Assembly: GCA_964035545.1 (NCBI GenBank)
Contig: OZ037765.1
Span: forward strand, 19,220,995 to 19,284,994
Length of the DNA: 64,000 bases
Direction: 5' to 3'
From: Bugula neritina
Lineage: Eukaryota > Animalia > Bryozoa
Shown: in pieces, positions 1 through 14,200 of the stretch
Layout of the letters: each line of letters opens with the position of its first letter
How positions within the stretch are numbered: the stretch's first letter is position 1
Made by a program: the position numbers and the translations under genes
The notes under the pieces: generated by a model
Database searches by the model: none
Seen by the model: the letters and a program-made list of their open reading frames with translations, nothing else
What the model was told of the DNA's origin: nothing

Positions 1-3000
1 CTAGGCAGATTTGGCACAGTTGCTAGGAGCATTGCTAATCCAACTAGGGGAGATCGCAATTGGCATCTCCACTAGGAGAGACTGCAATTGTCATCTCTCC
101 TAGGCAGATTTGGCATAGTTGCTAGGAGCATTGCTAATTCAACTAGGAGAGATTGCGATTGGCATCTCTACTACAAAGTATTGTAATTGGTTTTTCTACA
201 AAGGTGAATGTGCATAGTGATTAGGTATATGGCCAATCCTACTTGGAAAACTTTCAATTAGAAAAAAAGCCAATTGTTACCGCTGCTGGTAGAATAACCA
301 ATTCCAAACAAAAAACTCCAGTTACAGTATTCATCAAAGCTATAACTATATTAATTGCTATGCTCTATTCATGTATAATCATTTGAAGTAGTATAAACTA
401 AACGTACAAACTCTACACTCCTGATAGGTTTCAATTATATGATGTTCATAATTATTTTGTGTGAAAGTTTGAGGTTGTCATTGACTAATAGGTATTATCA
501 AATATAATAAATATATGCAGTGAGCTAAGCTGTGAATCCTTTCCAGTCCAGCATTTTATGGTGTTTATGCAAGACTAGCACAACTAAAACCAGCTATTAA
601 TTTCAATTTACATGAACATTGCATAAACTTTCAAAAACCAATAAGCTGCTGTGGTAGGTGAGAAAATTGAGTTTGCAAATTATAAAATTATGTATTCTCT
701 TAGTTGGGTTTCTAATTGGCATACTAGGGAAGATTGCAATTGGCATCTTCACTAAGAGAGACTGCAATTGTCATCTCTCCTAGGCACATTTGGCATAGTT
801 GCTAGGAGCATTGCTAATTCAACTAGGAGAGATTGCAATTGGCATCTCTACTAGAAAGTATTGTAATTGGTTTTTCTACAAAGATGAATGTGCATAGTGA
901 TTAGGTATATGGCCAATCTTACTTGGAAAACTTTCAGTTAGAAAAAAAGCCAATTGTTACCTCTGCTGGTAGAATAACAAATTCCAAACAAAAAGCTCCA
1001 GTTACGTACAGTAATCATCTAAGCTACATCTATATTAATTGCTATGCTCTATTCATGTATGATCATTTGAAGTAGTATAAACTAAACATACAAACTCTAC
1101 ACTCCTGATAGGTTTTAATTATATGATGTTCATAATTATTTTGTGTGAAAGTTTGAGTTTGTCATTGACTAATAGGTATTATCAAAAATAATAAATATAT
1201 GCAGTGAGCTAAGCTGTGAATCCTTTCCAGTCCAGCATTTTATGGTGTTTATGCAAGACTGGCACAACTAAAACCAGCTAATAATTTCAATGTACATGAA
1301 CATAGCATAAACTTTCATAAACCAATAAGCTGCTGTGGTAGGTGAGAAAATTGAGTTTGCAATTTCTAGTAAAAAATTATGTATTCTCTTAGTTGGGTTT
1401 CTAATTAGCATCTCTACTAAGGGAGATTGCAATTGGCATCTCGACTAGGAAAGACTGCAATTGTCATCTGTCCTAGGCAGATTTGGCACAGTTGTTAGGA
1501 GCATTGCTAATCCAACTAGGGGAGATCGCAATTGGCATCTCCAATAGGAGAGATTGCAATTGCCATCTCCCCTAGGCAGATTTGGCTTAGTTGCTAGGAG
1601 CATTGCTAATCCAACTAGGAGAGATTGCATTTGGCATCTCTAATAGTGTTGTAATTGCTTTTACTACAAAGATGAATGTGCATAGTGATTAGGTATATGA
1701 CCAATCTTACATGGAAAACCTTCAATTAGAAAAAAAGCCAATTGTTACCGCTGCTGGTAGAATAACCAATTTCAAACAAAAAATTCCAGTTACAGTATTC
1801 ATCAAAGCTATAACTATATTAATTGCTATGCTCTATTCATGTATAATCATTTGAAGTAGTATAAACTAAACGTACAAACTCTACACTCCTGATAGGTTTC
1901 AATTATATGATGTTCATAATTATTTTGTGTGAAAGTTTGAGGTTGTCATTGACTAATAGGTATTATCAAATATAATAAATATATGCAGTGAGCTAAGCTG
2001 TGAATCCTTTCCAGTCCAGCATTTTATGGTGTTTATGCAAGACTAGCACAACTAAAACCAGCTATTAATTTCAATTTACATGAACATTGCATAAACTTTC
2101 AAAAACCAATAAGCTGCTGTGGTAGGTGAGAAAATTGAGTTTGCAAATTATAAAATTATGTATTCTCTTAGTTGGGTTTCTAATTGGCATACTAGGGAAG
2201 ATTGCAATTGGCATCTTCACTAAGAGAGACTGCAATTGTCATCTCTCCTAGGCACATTTGGCATAGTTGCTAGGAGCATTGCTAATTCAACTAGGAGAGA
2301 TTGCAATTGGCATCTCTACTAGAAAGTATTGTAATTGGTTTTTCTACAAAGATGAATGTGCATAGTGATTAGGTATATGGCCAATCTTACTTGGAAAACT
2401 TTCAGTTAGAAAAAAAGCCAATTGTTACCTCTGCTGGTAGAATAACAAATTCCAAACAAAAAGCTCCAGTTACGTACAGTAATCATCTAAGCTACATCTA
2501 TATTAATTGCTATGCTCTATTCATGTATGATCATTTGAAGTAGTATAAACTAAACATACAAACTCTACACTCCTGATAGGTTTTAATTATATGATGTTCA
2601 TAATTATTTTGTGTGAAAGTTTGAGTTTGTCATTGACTAATAGGTATTATCAAAAATAATAAATATATGCAGTGAGCTAAGCTGTGAATCCTTTCCAGTC
2701 CAGCATTTTATGGTGTTTATGCAAGACTGGCACAACTAAAACCAGCTAATAATTTCAATGTACATGAACATAGCATAAACTTTCATAAACCAATAAGCTG
2801 CTGTGGTAGGTGAGAAAATTGAGTTTGCAATTTCTAGTAAAAAATTATGTATTCTCTTAGTTGGGTTTCTAATTAGCATCTCTACTAAGGGAGATTGCAA
2901 TTGGCATCTCGACTAGGAAAGACTGCAATTGTCATCTGTCCTAGGCAGATTTGGCACAGTTGTTAGGAGCATTGCTAATCCAACTAGGGGAGATCGCAAT

Positions 3001-5565
3001 TGGCATCTCCAATAGGAGAGATTGCAATTGCCATCTCCCCTAGGCAGATTTGGCTTAGTTGCTAGGAGCATTGCTAATCCAACTAGGAGAGATTGCATTT
3101 GGCATCTCTAATAGTGTTGTAATTGCTTTTACTACAAAGATGAATGTGCATAGTGATTAGGTATATGACCAATCTTACATGGAAAACCTTCAATTAGAAA
3201 AAAAGCCAATTGTTACCGCTGCTGGTAGAATAACCAATTTCAAACAAAAAATTCCAGTTACAGTATTCATCAAAGCTATAACTATATTAATTGCTACGCT
3301 CTATTCATGTATGATCATTTGAAGTAGTATAAACTAAACGTACAAACTCTACACTCCTGAGAGGTTTTAATTATATGATGTTCATAATTATTTTGTGTGA
3401 ACATTTGAGGTTGTCATTGACTAATAGGTATTATCAAAAATAATAAATATATGCAGTGAGCTAAGCTGTGAATCCTTTCCAGTCCAGCATTTTATGGTGT
3501 TTATGCAAGACTAGCACAACTAAAACCAGCTATTAATTTCAATGTACATGAACATAGCATAAATTTTAAAAAACCAATAAGCTGCTGTGGTAGGTGAGAA
3601 AATTGAGTTTGCAAATTCTAGTAGTAAATTATGTATTCTCTTAGTTGGGTTTCTAATTAGCATCTCTACTAGGTGAGATTGCAATTGGCATCTCCACTAG
3701 GAGAGACTGCAATTGCTGTCTCTCCTAGGCAGATTTGGCACAGTTGCTAGGAGCATTGCTAATCCAACTAGGGGATATCGCAATTGGCATCTCCACTAGG
3801 AGAGACTGCAATTGTCATCTCTCCTAGGCAGATTTGGCATAGTTGCTAGGAGCATTGCTAATTCAACTAGGAGAGATTGCGATTGGCATCTCTACTACAA
3901 AGTATTGTAATTGGTTTTTCTACAAAGATGAATGTGCATAGTGATTAGGTATATGGCCAATCCTACTTGGAAAACTTTCAATTAGAAAAAAAGCCAATTG
4001 TTACCGCTGCTGGTAGAATAACCAATTCCAAACAAAAAACTCCAGTTACAGTATTCATCAAAGCTATAACTATATTAATTGCTATGCTCTATTCATGTAT
4101 GATCATTTGAAGTAGTATAAACTAAACGTACAAACTCTACACTCCTGATAGGTTTCAATTATATGATGTTCATAATTATTTTGTGTGAAAGTTTGAGGTT
4201 GTCATTGACTAATAGGTATTATCAAATATAATAAATATATGCAGTGAGCTAAGCTGTGAATCCTTTCCAGTCCAGCATTTTATGGTGTTTATGCAAGACT
4301 AGCACAACTAAAACCAGCTATTAATTTCAATTTACATGAACATTGCATAAACTTTCAAAAACCAATAAGCTGCTGTGGTAGGTGAGAAAATTGAGTTTGC
4401 AAATTATAAAATTATGTATTCTCTTAGTTGGGTTTCTAATTGGCATACTAGGGAAGATTGCAATTGGCATCTTCACTAAGAGAGACTGCAATTGTCATCT
4501 CTCCTAGGCACATTTGGCATAGTTGCTAGGAGCATTGCTAATTCAACTAGGAGAGATTGCAATTGGCATCTCTACTAGAAAGTATTGTAATTGGTTTTAC
4601 TACAAAGATGAATGTGCATAGTGATTAGGTATATGGCCAATCTTACATGGAAAACCTTCAATTAGAAAAAAAGCCAATTGTTACCGCTGCTGGTAGAATA
4701 ACTAATTCCAAACAAAAAACTCCAGTTACAGTATTCATCAAAGCTATAACTATATTAATTGCTATGCTCTATTCATGTATGATCATTTGAAGTAGTATAA
4801 ACTAAACGTACAAACTCTACACTCCTGATAGGTTTCAATTATATGATGTTCATAATTATTTTGTGTGAAAGTTTGAGGTTGTCATTGACTAATAGGTATT
4901 ATCAAAAATAATAAATATATGCAGTGAGCTAAGCTGTGAATCCTTTCCAGTCCAGCATTTTATGGTGTTTATGCAAGACTGGCACAACTAAAACCAGCTA
5001 TTAATTTCAATGTACATGAACATAGCATAAACTTTCATAAACCAATAAGCTGCTGTGGTAGGTGAGAAAATTGAGTTTGCAATTTCTAGTAAAAAATTAT
5101 GTATTCTCTTAGTTGGGTTTCTAATTAGCATCTCTACTAAGGGAGATTGCAATTGGCATCTCGACTAGGAAAGACTGCAATTGTCATCTCTCCTGGGCAG
5201 ATTTGGCACAGTTGTTAGGAGCATTGCTAATCCAACTAGGGGAGATCGCAATTGGCATCTCCACTAGGAGAGATTGCAGTTGCCATCTCCCCTAGGCAGA
5301 TTTGGCTTAGTTGCTAGGAGCATTGCTAATCCAACTAGGAGAGATTGCGATTGGCATCTCTACTAGAAAGTATTGTAATTGGTTTTTCTACAAAGATGAA
5401 TGTGCATAGTGATTAGGTATATGGCCAATCTTACATGGAAAACCTTTAATTAGAAAAAAAGCCAATTGTTACCGCTGCTGGTAGAATAACAAATTCCAAA
5501 CAAAAAGCTCCAGTTACGTACAGTAATCATCTAAGCTACATCTATATTAATTGCTATGCTCTATT

Positions 5566-8227
5566 TGTAAGATGATCTGATGTTGACAAGCTACAAGCTA
5601 GCAAGTACTAAAGCTACTGACAAGTGATAGCCGAAGGAAAGCCAACAAGGAACACTCTGGAGCTAGAGCTTAGCCTGGTAGGTTAACACTACATGGCGCA
5701 GTCGGCAGGATATTGAAGAGACAAGAGTTACAAAAGAGAGAAGTGTGTTGTTTGGAGTTCACTAGACTTCAGAGGTTTATATTTGAGAAAAAGAGTTGAG
5801 AGGCTTGTTGAGAAAGGTGGTGAGTGTTGACTTTTGAGCAATTTATAAATAATACTAATAGATTCAGAATAAGAGTGCCAGCGAAAGGAACTGAGAATTA
5901 AACTTTGAGAGACACGGATGCGCCCAGGGATTGGAACTGAGAGTACAGTGCATAATCACGAGATAGCTGCTTAAAATTAAATTGTTTTATTTACTCTATT
6001 AAAACTGCTTAAGTGTAGTATGGCTCATGAAGACATCAAATTAGACCTTAATGCTTTTCCTAAATTAAAGTTGGATGAAAGCAACATAACCAAATCTTGG
6101 AACTCATGGCTCATTCAATTTAAATTGAGTATAGAAGTTACTTCCCTTAATGCAGGGTTTGAAGTAGTAGGGGATGAACAGGTTAGCAGATTTAGACGTA
6201 GGAGAAAGCTTTTAGCTCTGTTAGGAGCTGTAGGGCCAGAAGGTCTTGATTCTTTACAGTCATTTGGTTTTGATTTAAATAATAACTCTGATGATGGATA
6301 TGAGTTAGCCTTAGACTTACTGCAATCTCACTATAATAGAGATGATACATTTTATGTGAAAACCATGAAGTTTGTCACTGTGACCCAAGCTTGTGGAGAA
6401 AACGAAATTGATTATTTGCTAGGAGTTGAGAAGCTAAGTAGAGCAATAAACTTTGGCAATAATGATGATGTTAGAATGGGATTTGCAGTTGCGCTAGCAG
6501 TTAATGGTCTAAGAAATGCAGGATTACGTAGACATTTGTTGCAGCATGCTAATCTAAGCTGGGAACAGCTGAAAAGGAAAAGTCGTGCTGCACATTTAAG
6601 TAAACTTTCCGAGGATGCTTTAAATGCAATAAACAATGAATGCATAGATGAACAGTCAATTGGTAGACTCACATATTCTTACCGAGCTAATGGTAGCTCA
6701 GAACACCGTAAGAAAAGAGATAAAGTTCTACATAGATTTAATTATGATAAGACAATTTCTATCAATAGAGACAACTCTTTTGCAAAGAAAAAAGAGGCAT
6801 GTCATTCATATCAACATTGTAGTTATAAATTGCAAAATGCTTACAAAAGTCATGGCAGATGCTTTAGATGTGACCATACAGGACATTATGTGAGAAACTG
6901 TCCTAAAACCCGTTGCTACATGTGCAAAGAATTTGGCCACATTGCTCAAGATTGTTCTGATAACAAAAGATACCATCACAAAAAGAGATATGTGGAACAA
7001 AGAGAAAACAGGATCGGAGTTATGGACTCCCTAAAATCAATGAAGTTTTCTACAAAGAGTGATGGGACTTATAATCACAATGTCAGTCCTAAAATAACAA
7101 GGACTTTATTAGTTAGTGGTAGACGTGTAGAATTCTTGCTAGATACTGGGTCTGAAGTTTCTACACTTACTGAGGCTACTGCAGAAAAGTTGAACATTAA
7201 ATTAAAGGAACCAGATAAGCATATTACAGGTGTTGATAAGTCTTTGGTGAATGTGCTAGGCAGAGCTAAGGTTTGCATTGGCTACTTCAACAGATTTGTG
7301 GATACCAAGATTTATGTATTGGCAAACTCTACCGAAAATTTGCTTGGTATAGCTGATATTACTAGGTTAAAATTGCTGGATCTACAATGTTGATATAAAA
7401 TGATACATGTGTGTTGTAGATATGGAAAAGTGTGTTGATGTTCACTGTAATGATATAAACACATTATTGCAGTGGAATACTAAGGAATGACAGGCAGAAG
7501 CAGTTACCACTAATGTTGTGTGCTCCCGTGAGTTTAACTCATGGAAGACTCTGTAAGCCGGCGAGAGAAGTCAGTTGTGACCCTCGCTGTTGCTTCACGG
7601 GGTGTGAGCCGAGTGTAGTCCATATGCAGACCCTCGACATCTCACTTTCAGATAATATGATAAATATGAGGTTTGACCTCAGTACTGACATGACATCAAC
7701 ATTGCCAATAATGTTGTCTGCTCCTGTGAGTTCTTTAGTTTAACTCATAGAAGACTCTGCAAGCTAGCAGGAGAAGTCAGCCTTGACCCTTGCTGCTACT
7801 TCACTTGCAGATAATATGATAAATGTCAAATTTGGCATTGTTCTTCCCAACAGTGCTAGCAATGGGAGGAGGTGGGATTCGACATCTAGGACTGAGCCAC
7901 TTTGAACCACTTCATAATAAGTTTAAGTATTCAAGGGCATTAGTTGAAAGCTAGTTTTGTTTGAATTGATTGCACTTCTCTTTTAAAAGAAAAGGGCATG
8001 TGGAATTATTAGCATCATGATGATGATAATATAGATATGTGTTCTGGCATTCTGAAAATGTGCTCTTGTGCCCTGCTTCTCTTTTGTAAGGAGGGAGCAT
8101 GTAAGATGATCTGATGTTGACAAGCTACAAGCTAGCAAGTACTAAAGCTACTGACAAGTGATAGCCGAAGGAAAGCCAACAAGGAACACTCTGGAGCTAG
8201 AGCTTAGCCTGGTAGGTTAACACTACA
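5566..8227 (+). mobile_element. Non-autonomous LTR retroelement (gag + protease only) inserted in the satellite
   Basis: Two 128 bp TG...CA LTRs (5566-5693, 8100-8227) that read identical; 4 bp TSD TATT; PBS TGGCGCAGTCGGCAGGAT (5694-5711) complementary to the 3' end of tRNA-Ser; purine tract AAGGAGGGAG before the 3' LTR. Confidence 0.95.
6020..7393 (+). CDS. Gag-aspartic protease polyprotein, 457 aa
   Basis: Two CCHC zinc knuckles (CFRCDHTGHYVRNC, CYMCKEFGHIAQDC) and a retropepsin LLDTGS motif; stop codon directly after the protease, with no RT, RNase H or integrase before the 3' LTR. Confidence 0.92.
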   Translation: MAHEDIKLDLNAFPKLKLDESNITKSWNSWLIQFKLSIEVTSLNAGFEVVGDEQVSRFRRRRKLLALLGAVGPEGLDSLQSFGFDLNNNSDDGYELALDLLQSHYNRDDTFYVKTMKFVTVTQACGENEIDYLLGVEKLSRAINFGNNDDVRMGFAVALAVNGLRNAGLRRHLLQHANLSWEQLKRKSRAAHLSKLSEDALNAINNECIDEQSIGRLTYSYRANGSSEHRKKRDKVLHRFNYDKTISINRDNSFAKKKEACHSYQHCSYKLQNAYKSHGRCFRCDHTGHYVRNCPKTRCYMCKEFGHIAQDCSDNKRYHHKKRYVEQRENRIGVMDSLKSMKFSTKSDGTYNHNVSPKITRTLLVSGRRVEFLLDTGSEVSTLTEATAEKLNIKLKEPDKHITGVDKSLVNVLGRAKVCIGYFNRFVDTKIYVLANSTENLLGIADITRLKLLDLQC

Positions 8228-11200
8228 TATTCATGTACGATCATTTGAAGTAGTATAAACTAAACATATACAAACTCTACACTCCTGATAGGTTTTAATT
8301 ATATGATGTTCATAATTATTTTGTGTGAAAGTTTGAGTTTGTCATTGACTAATAGGTATTATCAAAAATAAGAAATATATGCAGTGAGCTAAGCTGTGAA
8401 TCCTTTCCAGTCCAGCATTTTATGGTGTTTATGCAAGACTGGCTTAACTAAAACCAGCTAATAATTTCAATGTACATGAACATAGCATAAACTTTCATAA
8501 ACCAATAAGCTGCTGTGGTAGGTGAGAAAATTGAGTTTGCAAATTCTAGTAGTAAATTATGTATTCTCTTAGTTGGGTTTCTAATTAGCATCTCTACTAG
8601 GTGAGATTGCAATTGGCATCTCCACTAGGAGAGACTGCAATTGCCATCTCTCCTGGGCAGATTTGGCACAGTTGCTAGGAGCATTGCTAATCCAACTAGG
8701 GGAGATCGCAATTGGCATCTCCACTAGGAGAGATTGCAATTGCCATCTCCCCTAGGCAGATTTGGCATAGTTGCTAGGAGCATTGCTAATCCAACTAGGA
8801 GAGATTGCAATTGGCATCTCTAATAGTGTTGTAATTGGTTTTACTACAAAGATGAATGTGCATAGTGATTAGGTATATGGCCAATCTTACATGGAAAACC
8901 TTCAATTAGAAAAAAAAGCCAATTGTTACAGCTGCTGGTAGAATAACTAATTCCAAACAAAAAACTCCAGTTACAGTATTCATCAAAGCTATAACTATAT
9001 TAATTGCTATGCTCTATTCATGTATGATCATTTGAAGTAGTATAAACTAAACGTACAAACTCTACACTCCTGATAGGTTTCAATTATATGATGTTCATAA
9101 TTATTTTGTGTGAAAGTTTGAGGTTGTCATTGACTAATAGGTATTATCAAATATAATAAATATATGCAGTGAGCTAAGCTGTGAATCCTTTCCAGTCCAG
9201 CATTTTATGGTGTTTATGCAAGACTAGCACAACTAAAACCAGCTATTAATTTCAATTTACATGAACATTGCATAAACTTTCAAAAACCAATAAGCTGCTG
9301 TGGTAGGTGAGAAAATTGAGTTTGCAAATTATAAAATTATGTATTCTCTTAGTTGGGTTTCTAATTGGCATACTAGGGAAGATTGCAATTGGCATCTTCA
9401 CTAAGAGAGACTGCAATTGTCATCTCTCCTAGGCAAATTTGGCTTAGTTGCTAGGAGCATTGCTAATCCAACTAGGAGAGATTGCAATTGGCATCTCTAA
9501 TAGTGTTGTAATTGGTTTTACTACAAAGATGAATGTGCATAGTGATTAGGTATATGGCCAATCTTACATGGAAAACCTTCAATTAGAAAAAAAAGCCAAT
9601 TGTTACCGCTGCTGGTAGAATAACCAATTTCAAACAAAAAACTCCAGTTACAGTATTCATCAAAGCTATAACTATATTAATTGCTATGCTCTATTCATGT
9701 ATGATCAATTGAAGTAGTATAAACTAAACGTACAAACTCTACACTCCTGATAGGTTTTAATTATATGATGTTCATAATTATTTTGTGTGAAAGTTTGAGG
9801 TTGTCATTGACTAATAGGTATTATCAAAAATAATAAATATATGCAGTGAGCTAAGCTGTGAATCCTTTCCAGTCCAGCATTTTATGGTGTTTATGCAAGA
9901 CTAGCACAACTAAAACCAGCTATTAATTTCAATTTACATGAACATTGCATAAACTTTCAAAAACCAATAAGCTGCTGTGGTAGGTGAGAAAATTGAGTTT
10001 GCAAATTATAAAATTATGTATTATCTTAGTTGGGTTTCTAATTGGCATACTAGGGAAGATTGCAATTGGCATCTTCACTCAGAGAGACTGCAATTGTCAT
10101 CTCTCCTAGGCAAATTTGGCTTAGTTGCTAGGAGCATTGCTAATCCAACTAGGAGAGATTGCAATTGGCATCTCTAATAGTGTTGTAATTGGTTTTACTA
10201 CAAAGATGAATGTGCATAGTGATTAGGTATATGGCCAATCTTACATGGAAAACCTTCAATTAGAAAAAAAGCCAATTGTTACCACTGCTGGTAGAATAAC
10301 AAATTCCAAACAAAAAGCTCCAGTTACGTACAGTAATCATCTAAGCTACATCTATATTAATTACTATGCTCTATTCATGTACGATCATTTGAAGTAGTAT
10401 AAACTAAACATATACAAACTCTACACTCCTGATAGGCTTTAATTATATGATGTTCATAATTATTTTGTGTGAAAGTTTGAGGTTGTCATTGACTAATAGG
10501 TATTATCAAAAATAATAAATATATGCAGTGAGCTAAGCTGTGAATCCTTTCCAGTCCAGCATTTTATGGTGTTTATGCAAGACTAGCACAACTAAAACCA
10601 GCTATTAATTTCAATTTACATGAACATAGCATAAACTTTCATAAACCAATAAGCTGCTGTGGTATAGGTGAGAAAATTGAGTTTGCAATTTCTAGTAGTA
10701 AATTATGTATTCTCTTAGTTGGGTTTCTAATTGGCATCTCTACTAGGGGAGATTGCAATTGGCATCTCCACTAGGAGAGACTGCAATTTTCATCTCTCCT
10801 AGGCAGATTTGGCATAGTTGCTAGGAGCATTGCTAATTCAACTAGGGGAGATTGCAATTGGCATCTCTACTAGAGAGTATTGCAATTGGGTTTTCTACAA
10901 AGATGAATGTGCATAGTGATTAGGTATATGGCCAATCCTACTTGGAAAACCTTCAATTAGAAAAAAAGCCAATTGTTACCTCTCCTGGTAGAATAACCAA
11001 TTCCAAACAAAAAACTCCAGTTACGTACAGTAATCATCTAAGCTACATCTATATTAATTGCTATGCTCTATTCATGTATGAACATTTAAAGTTGTATATA
11101 AACTAAACGTACAAACTCTACACTCCTGATAGGTTTTAATTATAATATTTGGTAGCAGCAACAACTCGCACCGTCTAACGACCAACCATGATAGAATATT

Positions 11201-14200
11201 TGTGATAAACTCTCTGCTAATCGTCATTTGTAATCATCGATCACAATAGCTTATTGATTGCAAAATCTTAGATTAAAGTAAACAGCATATTGTAATTATA
11301 TAAATTCTATCTTTTGTTTGAAGAGCTGAAGCAGTTTTTATGAAATCAATTGCCACAAACTTATTTTCATTAATAGTTACATAAATATACTTTGATCAAC
11401 ACCATAACTTACATCTTTGAAAAATAAAACTTAACCTGCTTATGCAGTATTTACTTTGATTTTATTGTTCTGTTGCATTGTTCTATTATAAACATTACAG
11501 GCTGTACTTGTTCTTATTCCAGCCTTGACGACACACATAGTAACCTGCTCATACAAATTTATATCATGTATATTAAGATGACCCAATAATTTCTGTATAA
11601 GCAATACATTAAATAGTGAATCAACAAAGTTTACCTTATATGGCTATAAATCATATGATTTAAATATAACCAACATACAGCCATATAATGATATTTCTAT
11701 AAAATAGGGCAAATGCTATAATAAGCACTGTATATATATATGATATACACTGCATAGTGAATTGGGCTACACAAAAATTATAGAATGATGAGAATGACTG
11801 TGGCTTAATATAACTTGGCTGTTTAATTGGTGACTCATTCAATGTTATGACTCAAGCTGTTGGTACAATATACCTCAAATAGCTATAATCAAATTTATAA
11901 TAATGTTATTATGACACAATGCGTTATTATAATTATAAGCAAATTGGTGCTGAAGTGATCACTTTCTTACCAAACTATAAAAGTTATACACCATTACCTC
12001 TAATATCCCACTACAAACTAGTGAACTCATATTATATGGGAATTAGCCACAACTTCTTACTTTGTATAGTGATGAATAAATTACCAAGTTATAGCTAGTA
12101 CTTGTTTCAATCAATAAATCATTCTCACATGAAACAATATACTAAATTTTCTGTTTTTAAGTGGAATTATTATTAATGTTTTACATGATGCAAATTGTGA
12201 AATATTCAGAAAACCTATAAATATGAAATTTGCAATTTTAAATAATTGAATATTAATGGACAATATACTATCTGAATACACTTCCATGGGCCGAAACAAT
12301 ATATTAAATTTTATAAGCTTACATAAAAATATGTAAATCTGAACTTTTCAAAACAGCAAGAATTCTCAAGCATTCCCTTTCGTTGCATTAATCTTCTTAT
12401 AGAGCTTACAAATTAGTACAGAAAATCCATTCTTGCAAGGAGCTCCCTAAATTTTCCTTCATCATATAATCTAGTCGGCTACTGCCCGCAGTAATAAACC
12501 ACACAGGATCCCTACTGAGAATATGATAAATTTCCCTCAAAATGTAGTTTAGGTTCTTGAATAATATGGCTTTGCTGGTGACATGCGTGTTGCCTACTAG
12601 CAATTGTTTAGCCTAAGATCAAACTACAACCAATAAGCAGCAACCTTCATTAGAGCTGCCTTATCAACATTCCATTATGGGTGCTAAATAACAAGGTACA
12701 AAGCAAGCTATTCATTATAGCCTGCCAGCTAGCAAGCCTGTAATTAGTATGTACGCGCCAATATCTTCTCATCTCTACGTGCTCATTGAAGCGTGAAGTG
12801 CTGCGCGCTGCTAATTATCTATGAAAAAATATAGTTTTTTCAGTGTATAAATCACCAATTTATGGGAAATCTAGAAGAGTTATTGGAAAAAGAAAAAAAC
12901 TTACACTGGAATAATATCTCAGGATTCCAGCAGTACAATTTTTAATCAGATATCATGTTTTGCTGCTGAGATATTTTACTGGTACTGAAAAGTCAGCTTT
13001 TCAGGCAAAATTGGCCAAAACTGGGCAGTTTTTTGTCTATAACTTTGCAAAAAAAAAATGAAAATTGAAATTTCCAAAAAATGCACTGGGGAAAAAGAAG
13101 ATCTACAACATAGTTTTTAAATTTTAACTCTAGCACAATTAGGTGAGATTTTATTTTACTGGTACTGAATTCTTATATGATTACAATGCAAACCTCAGCT
13201 AGGCAATTGTAGCTATAAAAGGTTGCCCTTAACTATCCTGTGCATACTATGAATATGTGGATAAAAAATATATAACTACTACTTTTGATTGGTTTTCTAC
13301 TCTTAAGGTGTTTAGTTGAGTATAGACTTTCACATTCACTCTTCAGATAAAACTGAAAATCTAATGTTTTGTTCTACAAGGTGCACACTTTGAAATAATC
13401 TAAAAATATGTTATGTTGTTATTAATTGTGAGCTTTTACTTGTATATGCTTAATTGTCCGATGCTTTTGAAATAGTAAAACTTCAGTACTAAATTGTTTC
13501 ATTCTTTCAGATTAATTCATGAAAAATAAGTTATAATAAAAGCATCAAGAAGAGACTGTAATTATATACATATTATACAATGTATGTATTTTGAAGAATA
13601 ACAGGTTTTATATTCTCCCTGAAGTGCAATGGCTGACGAGTGTGTGTGGGCGCGTGTGTCTTATTGAATATGAATACGTGTATGCATGTGTACTCAGTGT
13701 AACAAGGCAATGTGAATAATTAATTTTACCAAGCATTGGAAATTGTACTTCTTTATTTTGGTGCTTTGTTCTAATTTTATGTAAGAATAGTGTTAAGATT
13801 CGGAGCAAGAAAGAGTTGATTACAACTGAATGTTTTAGGGTTTCAACTTGATTTAAAATTCATATTATATTTTTATATGACTTTAAAATAAAATCTGCTT
13901 TGTACGACAGCGTAACATCTATAATGATTAGTTTGAGAGAGCAAGATATATTAACAACTACAAATTTAATATTAGCTCTTAGTTCTTGTGTTATTTTGCA
14001 TGTTGTAATTAATATTGAATGTAGCAAAAATCAGTCACTTATATTACTACTTTGGAGTTATGTTCTTTACATCATTTTGTAACCTGCTTCTTTTTTACCC
14101 ATACTCCTTCTCTTTTGTTCCAGTATCTCCATTAAAATAAATTGCTGAACTATATTGCCAAACTGAATAATCTATTTACATCTAAGTAAATCAACAATCA

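Larger units (their letters stand above)
1..11143. repeat. Tandem satellite array, monomers of ~680 and ~785 bp, with a 1468 bp higher-order duplication; runs off the left edge of the window
   Basis: Marker GCAGTGAGCTAAGCTGTGAATCC recurs at 517, 1201, 1985, 2669, 3453, 4241, 4921, 8381, 9166, 9843 and 10525 (spacings 684/784/684/784/788/680/[LTR insertion]/785/677/682). Identical ORFs at 1445 and 2913 mark the 1468 bp unit. Confidence 0.97.

Noticed and set aside
1445-3098. Identical 61 aa ORFs (1445-1630, 2913-3098) and ORF 9977-10177
   Set aside because: Chance frames in satellite subrepeats; not preserved in other monomers.
1-11143. CRISPR-like appearance of the short palindromic repeats
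   Set aside because: The intervening sequences are themselves repeated rather than unique spacers, there are no cas genes, and the context is eukaryotic.
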